From Octopus vulgaris (lineage: Eukaryota), in NCBI GenBank assembly GCA_951406725.2, contig OX597823.1, forward strand, positions 68,324,001 to 68,388,000: a DNA stretch of 64,000 nt. The letters are read 5' to 3'. The translations under genes were made by a program, and so were the position numbers. The stretch's first letter is position 1. Each line of letters begins with the position of its first letter. Below are positions 44,591 to 57,380 of the stretch, piece by piece. A model generated the notes under the pieces. It was not told the origin of the DNA, searched no databases, and saw nothing but the letters and a program-made list of their open reading frames with translations.

Positions 44591-47500
44591 GTAATAGGTA
44601 ATGGGGCATTTAGTACTTTCCATAGTGTATTATCACAATAATTGAAGCACTACAAAGCAATAACTGAAACCAGAGCAGAGTAGTTTTACTGAGATTTCTC
44701 TACATTAGTGGCTTATTAGCCAAGTAGCCACAATAGTTACTGATGTTATAAGTGAAAATTTAGAAAAATCAAGTTAATGGACTTTGCCTGTTTAACTATG
44801 TTAAATTAAGTGAAGCTGTACAAAACAGAAATGTAAAGAACTCAGTATAGAACTATATTATCATATATTCAAAATAGATTGCAGTATACTAGACAATGTC
44901 ATTTGAGAACAACTCATTATAAACCCCTTATACATTTTAGCACTAAAATTCATCAAAATGATTTACAAGTCAAATCAGCAGCTAAAAAGAAGGGCTAAAA
45001 TCTTTGGTTAGGTCTTATTCCCAAAGAAAGATGTCTAACTGTTGTCTTAAGTATGATAATTTCAGTTCAATTAGACAGACAGATAGACAGACATCCATCC
45101 ATCTATTTTCTCCACCCACTATTCCTGGAAGGATGGCAGCTTCTTAGGATCCTATAAGAAGCTGCCATCACTAGACTTTTTAGCTGGATTCTCAGGTGTT
45201 ATCCATCCATCTCATTCTTGCTCTAAACCTAGGTCTCCTATCAATTAGCTTGAAGACTCTATCTTATAACTCTTTCCTGTTTGTAAAATTGATAATAATG
45301 ATTGTTTGTAAAAATAAAATTCTCATTATCCCTATTATTTATTATCCAGCCTAAGGACAGCAGGCTGATAAACACATTAAAGCATCAGAAAAAGTGCTTT
45401 TCAGCATATCTTCCAGCTCTTTACTTTTGAGGCTTAAACCATCTGAGGTTGACTTTTCCTTTCATGCCTCTAGGGCCGATAAAATAAAGTACCAGTCAAG
45501 TATTGGGTCAATAGCATTGATTAACTCTACGCTTCAAATTTAACATCTTTGTGCTTAAATTAAAAATGATTGTTATTATGTGGTTTAGGTGGGTCTAAAG
45601 AAGGCATGTATACAGCCCATATTCCTCTGACTAACTCATACAAAGAAATTATTATTATTAGAGGAATTATTGACAAAATTAGGAGGGTTTTAGATTTAAT
45701 TTAAATTCCACTGAAGTTTACTTTGCTTTTCATTCATTCAGCATTGATACAATTAGTACAAGTTAAGCATTGAATGTCAATTAAATTCACTACAACCTTT
45801 TCCACAAGTTGTAATTTGTGTATTCAAGGTATTAGCTTTGTTACTATTATTTATAATTTTAAGCTGCTAGATTTGTAATTGTAAAATGCCAAATAATTTA
45901 CATGAATTCCAATGTTTAAATATCCTTAATCTTATTTCTTGCTTTATGTCATAAATTGTTGTTAAATATTAAATGTGTGCTCATTAGAAACAGCTATGTG
46001 AAAATAGGATTGTGTGTAAAAGTAGATTATAAGAATGAAAACTGAGTTGATGCACTAATTATTTTACATTTAGCAAATATAATTGCAGAGCCCAATTCAT
46101 TCTGAAATAATTGCCATTTTATTGCCATTTTACATCACAATGGAAAATAAAATATTATTTTAAAATTAATTTTATATGTGTTAGTGGCGCTTGAATCATG
46201 CAATAAAACAGAAATTATTGCAAAAACATCTTGAAAAGTGTAAGTAAAGTTTTATTAAAATTAATGTTTTATTGTCAAATACCTATGAATTCTTCTATTT
46301 TAACAGGAACAACTATCATCACAAACTCAAATAGTGATTCAAATAGTTGCTTTACTTTTATGTATAGTTTCTATTATTGGATTGTAGCCATACTAAGGTA
46401 CCACCTTTGTACGTTTTTAATCAAGCATATAAACTTCACAAATTATTCTAACATACCCTATTTATTGAACAGATTACTTTAAATTTTAGATGTAAAGGAA
46501 TTTCACTTCATGCACTGATTTACATCAGTACACACTTGTATGCATACACACATTGGGCTTCACACAGTTTCTGTCTAGCAAATTTAACTCTCAAAATATT
46601 AGTTAACCCAAGGTTGCAAGTGCCATTCAATAGGACTGAACCAGGAACCATGTAGGTATGAAACAAACTATGATTTTAGGTAAAACTTTAATAGTTATCA
46701 ATAAAACTTTCAGTTAAATTTAAGAGAATCTGAAGAGAAATAGAATGCTAAATATGAAATAAACCTTTACTGCATAAATAAATGAGTTTCAAAAGACTAA
46801 TATTATCTTTTATTTACTTGTTTCAGTCATTCTTCTGTGGCTCTGCTGCGGGACAGCCTTGAAATATTCAATCTGAATGAATTGATACCAGTATATATTT
46901 TCTTTTTAAGCCTTTAGTATTTTGTTACTCTCTTTTACCAAACTCCTAGCTTAGTTACTGGGATGTAAACATACCAACAAGGGTTAGTAAGTGGTGGTGG
47001 TGGTGGTGGTAGTAGGGAGGACAAACACAAACTCAAAGACATATGCACATACCTACATTCATACATACATACATACATAAATATATATATATGGCTGGGT
47101 AACCATGTATCTCCTCTACAACAAGACACCTGTTTCTGTTTCTCTGCTTCTCTATCACACTCTAACTGTTCATCATCTGACACAAGATCACCTCCTCCTC
47201 CAATGTCCCCTCCCCTCCCAAAGATTCCTTGTCTTGCAAAGATACTTGATGACCCCACGAGTTTAGGTGACACTTGAAAAGCATCCACTCAACACTGTAA
47301 AGTGGTTGGCATTTGAAAGGGCATCCAGCTGTAAAACCCATGCCAACACTGACCTTGCCTGTGCTGCTGCTATATAAAAAGCACTCAGCCCACTCTGTGG
47401 GGTGGTTGGTGTTAGGAAGGGCATCCAACCATAAAAACCCTGCCAAAACAGACACAGAAATATGGTGCAGGCTTCTGCTTGGCCAGCTCCTGTCAAACCA

Positions 47501-47599
47501 TCCAACCCATGCCAGCATGGAAGCAGGAGGTTAAATGGTGTTGATGATGGTATATATTCTTTCAGTATCCATTTACCAAATCCACTCACAAGGTTTTGC

Positions 47600-47845
47600 A
47601 AGACACTTGCTCAAGTTGCCACACTGTTGGACTGGCTAAAGGAGATTGGAATGGAATGCTCAGTAGAGCTCTTACAGAAAGTTTGTCTCTTAGGGACAGC
47701 ACAGATTATCAGGAGGGTTCTAAACACTTGAAAGACAGCTGAAAACTTGTTAATACCTAAGGATGCAGGTAGCAACCCGCTACCTGCATAAATCTTACCA
47801 GAAATAAGACCAAGCCTGAGCCAAACCAAAATAATAATAATGATA
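47600..47845 (+). mobile_element. R4/Dong-like non-LTR 3' end followed by (AAT)n
   Basis: WLKEIGMECSVELLQKVCLLGTAQIIRRVLNT-stop. Confidence 0.6.
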
Positions 47846-49076
47846 ATGGCTTGAAATTTTGGAACAAGGCCAGCAATTTTGGGGGATGGGGTGGGTCTGG
47901 TTGATTACATCAACTCCAATACTTAACTGATACTTTACTGAATCCAGAAGGGTGAAAGGCAAAATTGATTTCAGCTGGTTTTGAACTCAGGATGCAAAGA
48001 CCCATAACAAATACTGCATAACATTTTGTCCAATGCTCTAATATCTCTTTTTAAGAGCCAGGGTTAGCTGATTAAATTAACCCCTGTACTTAACTATTGT
48101 TTAGCCTAGAGGGATGACAGGCAAAGCTGACTTCAGAAAGAGTTGAACTCAGGACATGATGTGGTGGAACAAATAATGCAAAGTAACAATTTTCTGATGC
48201 CCTAATGTTTTAGCCAATCTACTGTCATTATAGTAGTAGTAGTAGCAGCAATAATAATGTAATAAATATACAAAATATATATAATACTAATGCACGTATA
48301 CACACACATTAAAGTATATTAAACTATAAAAGTCTTGGCTATAGTTATAAGCTATTATTTTGCATCAACATTATAAAGCAATGTATATAGAAGCTACATT
48401 AAGACATGTAACAATAATGATAAAATAACAATACACATTGCAGTAGCAACAATAACTATAACAAGGCAACAATAATTACAGCAAAATACATAAATACAAC
48501 ACCAATAAGAATATAAGCTGCGATATATTGAAATAATAAAGCAACAGGGAGAGGAAGTGATTCACTGAAGAATAATTTAATGTGATCTTAATATATTGTA
48601 TTACTACGTGTTACTTAAATTGTAATAACTTCTAGTACTATGCTGACAAAGAAAAGAAGTAAAATGGTTTATTGCAAATGTCAGTTATACAAAGACACAC
48701 AAAGTAAAAAAGAAAAAAAAAAAGAAATTTCTGCCAGAAAGTAAGTTTCTAAGCTGTGAGAAAGGAGAAGTGAGTTTATGTATGAATTTACCTCAGCACG
48801 AGTGACATATATACACATATAGAAATATATATATATACTTTGCCCTCTTGAGCTCTATTTTATGAAATGATATAGTCAGTATGTATGACAATGAACTGTA
48901 TCTCAATGCATATAGAGCTATTCATATGGATGTATAAGAGATTATATAAATAGCAAGGGAACAAGAAATTATGTAAATTCTTTCTTGTAAATACATACTT
49001 TCTTGTTCCTTTGTCATGTATGTAATCTCTTATTACTCTCAGTACTCGACTAATGCTTTTCCTTTTGAAGTATATA

Positions 49077-49271
49077 CAGGGTGGCCCAAAAGAAGATTTA
49101 TTCAACTATCTTTTGCATTTATATTTTAAAAGTTTAGATCTTGATTATAAAAAAATATGAAACCATTATGTTATGCTAATTTAGTTAATTGTAGGATAGA
49201 AATTTAAATGTAATAAAATATTTTAAAAGAAATTTAAAGTGCCTCTGTGAACCTACTTTTGGGCCACCCTG
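49077..49271. mobile_element. Tc1-type MITE
   Basis: 16-bp perfect TIR CAGGGTGGCCCAAAAG / CTTTTGGGCCACCCTG with TA on both sides. Confidence 0.85.
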
Positions 49272-49324
49272 TATATATATATTGAGTATCACTATGCCTA
49301 AGCAAAATGTTAAAATGTATACTC

Positions 49325-50015
49325 TTTCATCTCTTACTTGTTTCAGTCACTTGACTGGAGCACCACCTTTAGTCAAACAAATTGACACCAGAACTTATTC
49401 TTTGTAAGCTTAGTACTTATTCTAACAGTCTCTTTTGCTGAACTGCTAAGTTATGGAGATGTAGACACACCAGCATTGCTTGGTGGGGAGACAAAGACAA
49501 ACAAACACACCCATACACACACACACACACATATATATATTACATAAGAGTGTATAAAGATTTATACACAGAGAGAAGACCCTTGACAAGGCTTCTTATA
49601 TGCTAAAATATTTTATTCATTCTGGTGCCTATAGCAGCGTGCCTTAAGAATTCCTTTTTTCGTGGTTTGGGTTTAGCTGCCCTTTTTAGCATGTAATAAG
49701 TCCTGTAAAGGCTCTTCTTTCCATGTATACATTTTTATACACTCTTATATAAAATATTTTATGTCTTAATGATTTTTACTATGCATGTAAACCATTGGTA
49801 ATAAATTATTTTAATTTTTTACCCTTATACTTATGCAGTATAGACACACACACACACACATATATATATGATGGGCTTCTTTTAGTTTCCATCTACCAAA
49901 TCCACTCACATGGTTTTGGTCAGCCTGAGGCTAGAGTAGAAGATACTTGCCCAAGGTATCATGCGGTGGAACTGAATCTGAAACCATGTGGTTGATGAGC
50001 AAACTACTTTCCAGA
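49325..50015 (-). mobile_element. SINE family A interrupted at its internal microsatellite by an inverted-repeat insertion
   Basis: 3' half at 49325-49500 and 5' half at 49870-50015. Confidence 0.65.
49541..49751. repeat. Degenerate fold-back insertion
   Basis: ATAAGAGTGTATAAA / TTTATACACTCTTAT and ATGCTAAAA / TTTTAGCAT. Confidence 0.6.
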
Positions 50016-50884
50016 GTCACTCTTGTGTATGTATATATATGCATACATATATATATATATATGGATAGATAAACTAGACCTAGGAACACCTTTGTAAATG
50101 TGCACGTGCACACATACACACACACATACATGTTCATACATCATCATCAGTGCAGGCATGGCTTAGATGGTTTGGCAGAAGCTGGCCAGTCAGAGAGCTG
50201 CCTAAGTTCCAATTGTTTGTTTTGGGATGATTTCAATAGTTTCAATGATTTCCTCCTAGTACCAACACTTTACAAAGTGTACTTGGTAGCCCAGGTATTT
50301 ATAAATATACATATCTCTCTCTCTCTCCCCCTCTCTTTCTCTCTGTACACACACACATACACACACATATATATATGTATATATATTTATATTATGATTT
50401 CACTTAATTCATTCAATAGAACATTCAACACACATATAATTTAGAGCTGAGTGTGAATGATCCTTATACCAAAAACAGCCGTAAGCTAATAAAAGTGATT
50501 ATGATGACGATGCTGCACTGTTTGTACCAGTAAGATCTGAAAGAGAAATTAAAGCAACAGTGGCTAACTTAAATAGAGATTTTCTCAAGATTAGACCAAT
50601 AAAGTGTAAATTAGTGACTTATTTTAAGTAAAAGGTATTTCCAACACTAACAAATTACAGAGCCATTAAAAATTAAAATTCTAAATAATGTATATATCAT
50701 ATTCTTAGCAAGTGAATTCTGTCCTCAGAATTTGTATCATATATTGAATGCATGTATGTCTTTTATCTTTATTTGTTTAATTCATTGGATTGTGGCCATG
50801 TTAGTGCATCATCTTGAACAACTCAACCCCAGTTGTCAAGTGGTGGTGGAAAAACAGACACATACAAATGCATATATATATTTA

Positions 50885-51143
50885 TATGAATTGAAGTGTA
50901 AAGTATTATTTATCCATTACGGCCGATCATATCAATCAGATTCGTGCTAGGGATTCAATGGAGTATTAGGTAACAGTCTTATTATGTAAACCTGCACTCA
51001 TCAGAGGTAGCTATTATGGAAAGAAATATGGTGACTTCAGTTACATAATCGGATTGCTACCTAATACTCTGTTGAATCCCTAGTGTGAAACCGATTAGTA
51101 AGATTAGCCATAATGAATACATATGGTACATTTCAATTAATAT
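50885..51143. mobile_element. Inverted pair of hammerhead-bearing PLE-like ends
   Basis: CTAGGGATTCAA..GAGTATTAGGTA / TACCTAATACTC..TTGAATCCCTAG. Minus strand CTGATGA-GTGC...GCAC-GAA (50941-51004). Partner arm has GAAACCGATTAGTA. Confidence 0.7.
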
Positions 51144-51784
51144 GCCCACTCTATTGACAGATATACAAGTGCATCTTTTCTTGACTTGTGGACTTTTAGA
51201 CAACTTATATATATATATATATATATATTATATTATATTAGAGGAAAACCACTTAATCCATCACTTCCACATGAACACATCATTCAAAATACTGCCAAAC
51301 TACTGCCTGGATTTACCTGGGATTATACCTAAGAGTCTATATCTTCACAGATCAACCTCCATACCCCCTGGAAGAAGATGAACTGTGAACTTTATTTTTC
51401 TGTCTGTATTCTATTTTATTCCTTATGAACTGTGAATTTCCCTGTCTAGAACTTTTATACACACTCACCTTGTCTCTTATGACAGAATACCCAGTGTATG
51501 GACATACTAGCCTGTCACTTGGGATATCCCAGAAACAGCTGTAAGACTTTAAATTTACCTTACCCTAATTAAATTATTCTAAATGACTTGAGATACTCAT
51601 CCTGTCTTGGTTTTTGTTGTCTTTTTTCCCCTAATGTAATATATACCTGCTAACATGGAAGCCTAATATGAATCCCTAGCTCCAGCTTCTGCTGTGAACT
51701 TGGAACCTAACAGATGACCAATTATAGCACTTACTCAGTGTACCTGCTCGCATAGATTACCAGTGAACTAAGCTTGGCTCATAT

Positions 51785-51859
<75 letters not shown>

Positions 51860-51873
51860 AATCATTTTGTGTG

Positions 51874-52240
51874 TTTATTTACAACCTTATAATGATATAT
51901 TATAAGATATCCCATATTATAATTGAATAAAATAAAATGAAATAGTAGAATGTTAAATATTCATTCTGATTGAACTGCATCATCCACACTGATCTGTTCA
52001 TGTAGTATGAGTCATGGAAGCACAATTTTTGACTGTAGCAAGATGAGTGATCTTGCTACAGTCAAAAATTGTGAAGCATGACTGTCAACACTACTACATG
52101 AACCCGAAGATTTGACAGAATTCAATGCATGAAAGTACTAGTTCAATCAGAATGAATATTTAACATTCTACTATTTCATTTTATTTTATTCAATTATAAT
52201 ATATTATCTTATAATATATCATTATAAGATTGTAAATAAA
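51874..52240. mobile_element. Near-perfect fold-back element
   Basis: 24-bp perfect inner stem (52021-52044 / 52050-52073, 5-nt loop) and about 100 bp of near-identical outer arms. Confidence 0.85.
52099..52145 (+). ncRNA. Minimal type-I hammerhead (CCGAAGA core)
   Basis: TGAAC-CCGAAGA-TTTGACAGAATTCAATGCAT-GAAA-GTAC-TA-GTTCA. Stem I TGAAC/GTTCA, palindromic stem III AGTACT. Confidence 0.7.
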
Positions 52241-52306
52241 ACGTGAAAATCAGACAAGGTTGGAATTCTTTTATTAATATATTCTTCTATACACAATCAC
52301 ACACAC

Positions 52307-52362
<56 letters not shown>

Positions 52363-52804
52363 AGGGACCTCACTTGGCCCTGCCTGAGATTCAAAACCAA
52401 ATCCACATACTCATCACTTGTCAAACAAGTCTGAAATCGTTTGTGTTTGCATCTCCACACTGGATGATTAATGGGAAGCACTTGACCTCCTAGGACCTTG
52501 CTGGTCACAGAAGGGTCAGTCCTTTGTTTAGGATTTGACCCACTTTCCTGGCCATAGACTATATAACAGAGGGAAAAGAATATGAACACATGTTTGTGTC
52601 AGTGTGGCCAGGAGCAACATTTCTCTTCAACTTTCTGTCAGCAACCAAAGAGCAAATAATATTCTTTATTCTTCAGTGTACCAGCAGAATACACAACTAC
52701 CAACAACTGGCATGTGTCACTGGGTGAGAACCAGTGTTCTTCACTGGTGAGAACCTTACACTTTAACTTTAACCAGTATTGATGTCTAAACACCACATAT
52801 ATAT

Positions 52805-53125
52805 CTTCTCTCTGGCACTCCATTGGTTATGAAGATGAAGGTTCCAGTTAATCCAATAAATAGAACAACCAGCTCATGAAATTAACATGTAATTAGCTGA
52901 GCACTCCAAGACATGAGTACTCTTAATGTAGTTCTCAGGGAAATTCAGCATTACACAGCACGTGACAAGGCTGGCCCTTTGAAATACAGATACAACTCGT
53001 TTTTGCCAGCTGAATGGACTGAAATAAAGTGTCTTGATCAAGGACACTTCATACCTGCAGCAATTGAACTCATGACCTTACAATCATGTGCCAAATACTG
53101 TAATCACTAAGCCATGTACCTTCAC
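52805..53125 (-). mobile_element. SINE family C
   Basis: tRNA-like head on the minus strand (CATGGCTTAGTGATTA..GAGTTCAATT..GTGTCCTTGATCAAGACAC); related fragment near 41110-41250. Confidence 0.55.
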
Positions 53126-53404
53126 TATGCATATATGTATGTGTGTGTATATATATAAAAGCCATGCACCTTCACCATATATATATATATATATGTAGTG
53201 TTAGGTGTGATGTACAGAAATGAAGAAATAAAAAGATTTTTTTCCAAAATTTCTTCTCAGTATATATATATATAGGTGCAGGTGTGGCAACAAGCTTGCT
53301 TCCCAATCCCATCACTCTGGGTTCAGTCCCACTGCAGCATGATACCTTGTGCAAGTGTTTTCTACTATAGAAAGGGCAAGGGTACTCATGTCTTAGAGTG
53401 CTCA

Positions 53405-53575
53405 TAGGTGCAGGAGTAGCTGTGTGGTAAGTATCTTGCTTACCAGCCACATGGTTCTGAGTTTGGTCCCACAGCATGGCACCTTGGGCAAGTGTTTTCT
53501 ACTATAGCCTTGGGCCGACCAAAGACTTGTCAGTGGATTTGGTAGATGGAAACTGAAAGAAGCCCGTCATATATT

Positions 53576-53606
<31 letters not shown>

Positions 53607-53835
53607 CTGTATTTATGTGAGTGTATCCTTGTGTCTGTGGTTGTCCTCCCACCACTGCTTGACAACTGATGATGGTTGTTTACATCCCCGTAACTTAGCG
53701 GTTTGGCAAAAGAAACCAATAGAATAAGTACTAGGCTTACAAAGAATAAGTGCTGGGATAAATTTCTTCAATGAAAACACTTTAAAGCAGTGGTCCAGCA
53801 TGGCTGCAGTCAAATGACTGAAACAAGTAAAAGAA
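53405..53835 (+). mobile_element. SINE family A, well-preserved copy
   Basis: AGGTGCAGGAGTAGCTGTGTGGTAAG..GGCACCTTGGGCAAGTG..GGAAACTGAAAGAAGCCCG-(TG)n..CAGTCAAATGACTGAAACAAGTAAAAG. Confidence 0.85.
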
Positions 53836-54003
53836 TATAAGTATAAAAGAATATAAAGATATATATTTTTTTATTGATGTTTTGATAATTGCCAACACTC
53901 GAAACTTTTGTACTTTGAATCACTCTGTTACTTCAGCTAAATATTAATAAAAATATACATACACTCATATTTTGAGTTCTATGTTTCCTTTTTTTGCATC
54001 AAT

Positions 54004-54069
<66 letters not shown>

Positions 54070-54477
54070 GTTTTCCTCTATCAAGTTCACTCACTAGGCA
54101 TTTGTTGGCTCAGGGCTATTCTACATAATACTTGCCCAAATAGATGATTGGTGAAACAACAGAACAGGAGAATCTGATCAAGAAAAGTAATGATTTGAGT
54201 ATTTGACAGTGAAAATATAGCTCAAGCAAGTTATTTTGTAGTTTTTCATGAATTTTTTCTCTTTGATTTGTTATCAAAATGGTATTCTACTAACGTAATT
54301 GATAGTTAAAGAATATTGTTTTATTGATAGCATATTATTGCAAACATTCAGATGAAATATTTGTTTTAAATATTCACAGTTTAGCTTCATAAAGAGTATT
54401 TTAAAAATTACATAAATTTCATTGTTTTGTGTAAGCACCGTGCAATTTGGAAGAAGTTTAATGAAAACTATACATTT

Positions 54478-54880
54478 GGTGCAGGTGTAAGTGTTTGGTA
54501 AGAAGCTTGCTTCCTCACTGCACGGTTCTAGATTCAGTTCCAATGTGTGGCACCTTGGGTAAATGTCTTCTACGATGGCATGAGGCTGACCAAAGCCTTC
54601 TGAGTGGATTTATTAGAGGGAAACTGAAAGAAACCCATTATGTATATGTATGTATATATTTATGTGTGTGTCTGCATATGCGTCCCCACCCATCAATACT
54701 TGACAGCTGATGTTAGTTTATTTGCATCAACATAACTTGGTGGTTCAGCATAAAGACTAATAGAATTAGGACCTGGCTTTAAAATGTATTGGGGAGGGGT
54801 CATTTTGTTTGACTAAAAGCTTCCAGTTTGGTACTCCCGCATGGCTTTAGTCAATTGACTGAAAAAAAGTTAAAGATTAA
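54478..54880 (+). mobile_element. SINE family A
   Basis: Colinear match to 53405-53835. Confidence 0.75.
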
Positions 54881-55263
54881 AGATATGCAACCTTAAATCT
54901 TATCCACAAGTATATCCCCAACAGTAAAATACTGATACACAACACTTGATATTTTACTAACAATAAACATTGTTAGTTGCTTCATCATAAAAATGTAACA
55001 CCATCTGATATAGAATGAATATACCTCTGTTACTTTTATTCACTAGTTAAAAAGTATGAGCTGTTTTTATTAACTTTTTTTCTAATTTATTATTTACCTT
55101 TATACTGAAAATGAGTATTTTTTTTAGATATCTTGTACATGTGCTATAATGGGAAAAGGTAAAATTATAATGATTGTACCTATGAAATATTGATAGATAT
55201 ATCCAACACTGGCAAAAGTGTATGCATTCTTTGCCAGTAATACGGCAATAGGCAATGTGCATG

Positions 55264-55302
<39 letters not shown>

Positions 55303-55306
55303 CTGT

Positions 55307-55666
55307 ATGTATGGAGAGTTAGCTAAAGGAGAACGACCCCCACATAAACCAAAAAAGAGGTATAAGGACTTGCAGAAGGCTTCCTTAAGAGATGCTTGCA
55401 TCTCTCCTGACACATGGGAAGGCATAGCTATTGATCGTAGCAGGTGGAGAAGGATTGAGCACGAGGGGACAGCCACTTCTGAGAAATCTTGAGTTGCACA
55501 TGAGAAAGTAAGGAGGGATGTCAGAAAGGGCATCGCTGTTGCACTTCCAGATGGGAAGGGTCTTCCTTTGATGCTGACATGCAGTGTCTGTGCAAGACCC
55601 TGCCTCAGTAAAGCTGGACTCAAGAGTCGTCTTCGTAGTCATAAAGCGCCTCTGGTGGTGGTGTAA
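55307..55666 (+). mobile_element. RTE-clade LINE 3' end with C2H2-like zinc finger
   Basis: YGELAKGERPPHKPKKRYKD..KASL..WEGIAIDRSRWR, an in-frame stop, then CSVCARPCLSKAGLKSRLRSH. Confidence 0.85.
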
Positions 55667-56643
55667 CACACCATAGTAATCATATCTGTCGGGCATGTGG
55701 AAGAGAGTGTAATTCGGCAGGAGGACTTAAACGACATGCAAAGGTACAAGAAGCCCAGTTACAACTATAGCCGGCTATTACCGGTAAAGGTTTTAGTTGC
55801 CAATTCAGTACAAGACATTGTAGATCTTTAGCTGGGCTAAAAAGTCACATTCGATCACAGCACCAATAACAGTTAAGCTTCGTGCAATGGCCATACTCGA
55901 TAACGAGGGGGCAGCCATAATGTATGTATGTACCAAAGTACACCCTGATACACAAACATGCAGACATACATAAATTCATATATGCACATATGGGTATGTG
56001 TTTTGAAAATCTGAAAACAATGGCAGTGATTACACAAAATCTTCCTTCCAGCAGGTCAATGTTAATGATATATTTTTTTAAAGATTGTTTTATAATCAAT
56101 AAATTTTAATTGATGAAAATTATTTTTGAAGAATTTAAATGCACACACGTGTACACACACACACACACACACATTCATTTAGAGTTATATTTATTTTATA
56201 AGAGTAACCTAACTCTATCAAAGCAGCTACCCATATGTAATGACAGTTCTCACTAGTGTGTTTATATTCCACACAATGATGTCTAACTGGCTAATGGGCA
56301 ACTTCATCTTCCCTAACCTGCCACATACAGCACCCAATACAAGGAATAGAACTGGGATTTTTTAATATACAGCTGCTGATAAAGTGGTACTAACATCCTG
56401 TCTGCAACATGTACACCTAAAAATGAAAAATAAAACTGGTGTTGCTGTGATAGTATAACAACCACATGACCTAAGCTGACCAATAGAAGCCTAAATAACG
56501 TAGAAGCTATCTTGAATTTCTTTCAAACTCCTTTATCTTTTTCCAAACATCGGATGAGGTTGTGAAATGGAAAAAATTCTAAGGATGACAAGTGGTTAAA
56601 TAAATATATTCAACTCTCATACTGCCTGACATGTGTTTGTGTA

Positions 56644-56686
<43 letters not shown>

Positions 56687-56719
56687 AAAGGATACATACA
56701 TATATATATATTAATATAT

Positions 56720-56908
56720 TATAATTATTGATAAAAACAGTAGGATAACAAAAGAAAGAGACCTTGATATTATGTAAATGGAGGAATTTATCTGTAAATG
56801 TCATATGTGACAATTATTCAGTAGCCAAGATAAAACTCTGAGTTTCGGATGCCGAGGTGGAGTTTTATCTTGGCTACCGAATAATTGTCACATATTACAT
56901 TTACAGAT
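56720..56908. mobile_element. Miniature inverted pair of the 3' end of the 61-kb PLE family
   Basis: GTAGCCAAGATAAAACTCTGAGTTTCGGATGCCGAGGTGG matches 60871-60910. Arms are 56790-56838 and 56860-56908. Confidence 0.85.
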
Positions 56909-56934
56909 ATTAATATATTATATATATTTTAAAT

Positions 56935-57380
56935 CTATTTATTTCAGTCATTTAGACTACAGTCATGCTGGGGCACCAGCTTGAATTTTTAGTCAAGCGA
57001 ATTGACTCCGGTACTTCTTTTTTAAGCCTGCTACTTATTCTATCAGTCTCTTTTGCTGAACTGCTAAGTTACAGGGACACAAACACACTAGCACCAGTTG
57101 TCAAGCAATCGCAGGGGGAAAACACAAAAACAGACACACACACATAGATATAATATATATATATATACCCACTGAGGGTGTATATATATATATATATGCC
57201 TATGCACACACACACACATGTATATATAAGACAGGCTTCTTTCAGTTTCCACCTTCCAAGTCCACTTAAAAGACATTGGTTGGCCTGAGGCTATAGTAGA
57301 GGATACCCAAGGTGCCATACAGTGGGACTGAACCTGGAACCATGTGGCTGGGAACCAAGGTTCTTACCACATAGCCATGC
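56935..57380 (-). mobile_element. SINE family A
   Basis: Reverse-complement match to 53405-53835. Confidence 0.8.

Noticed and set aside
53405-53480. tRNA gene
   Set aside because: The tRNA-like A/B boxes are the head of a multi-copy SINE, and no complete cloverleaf is evident.
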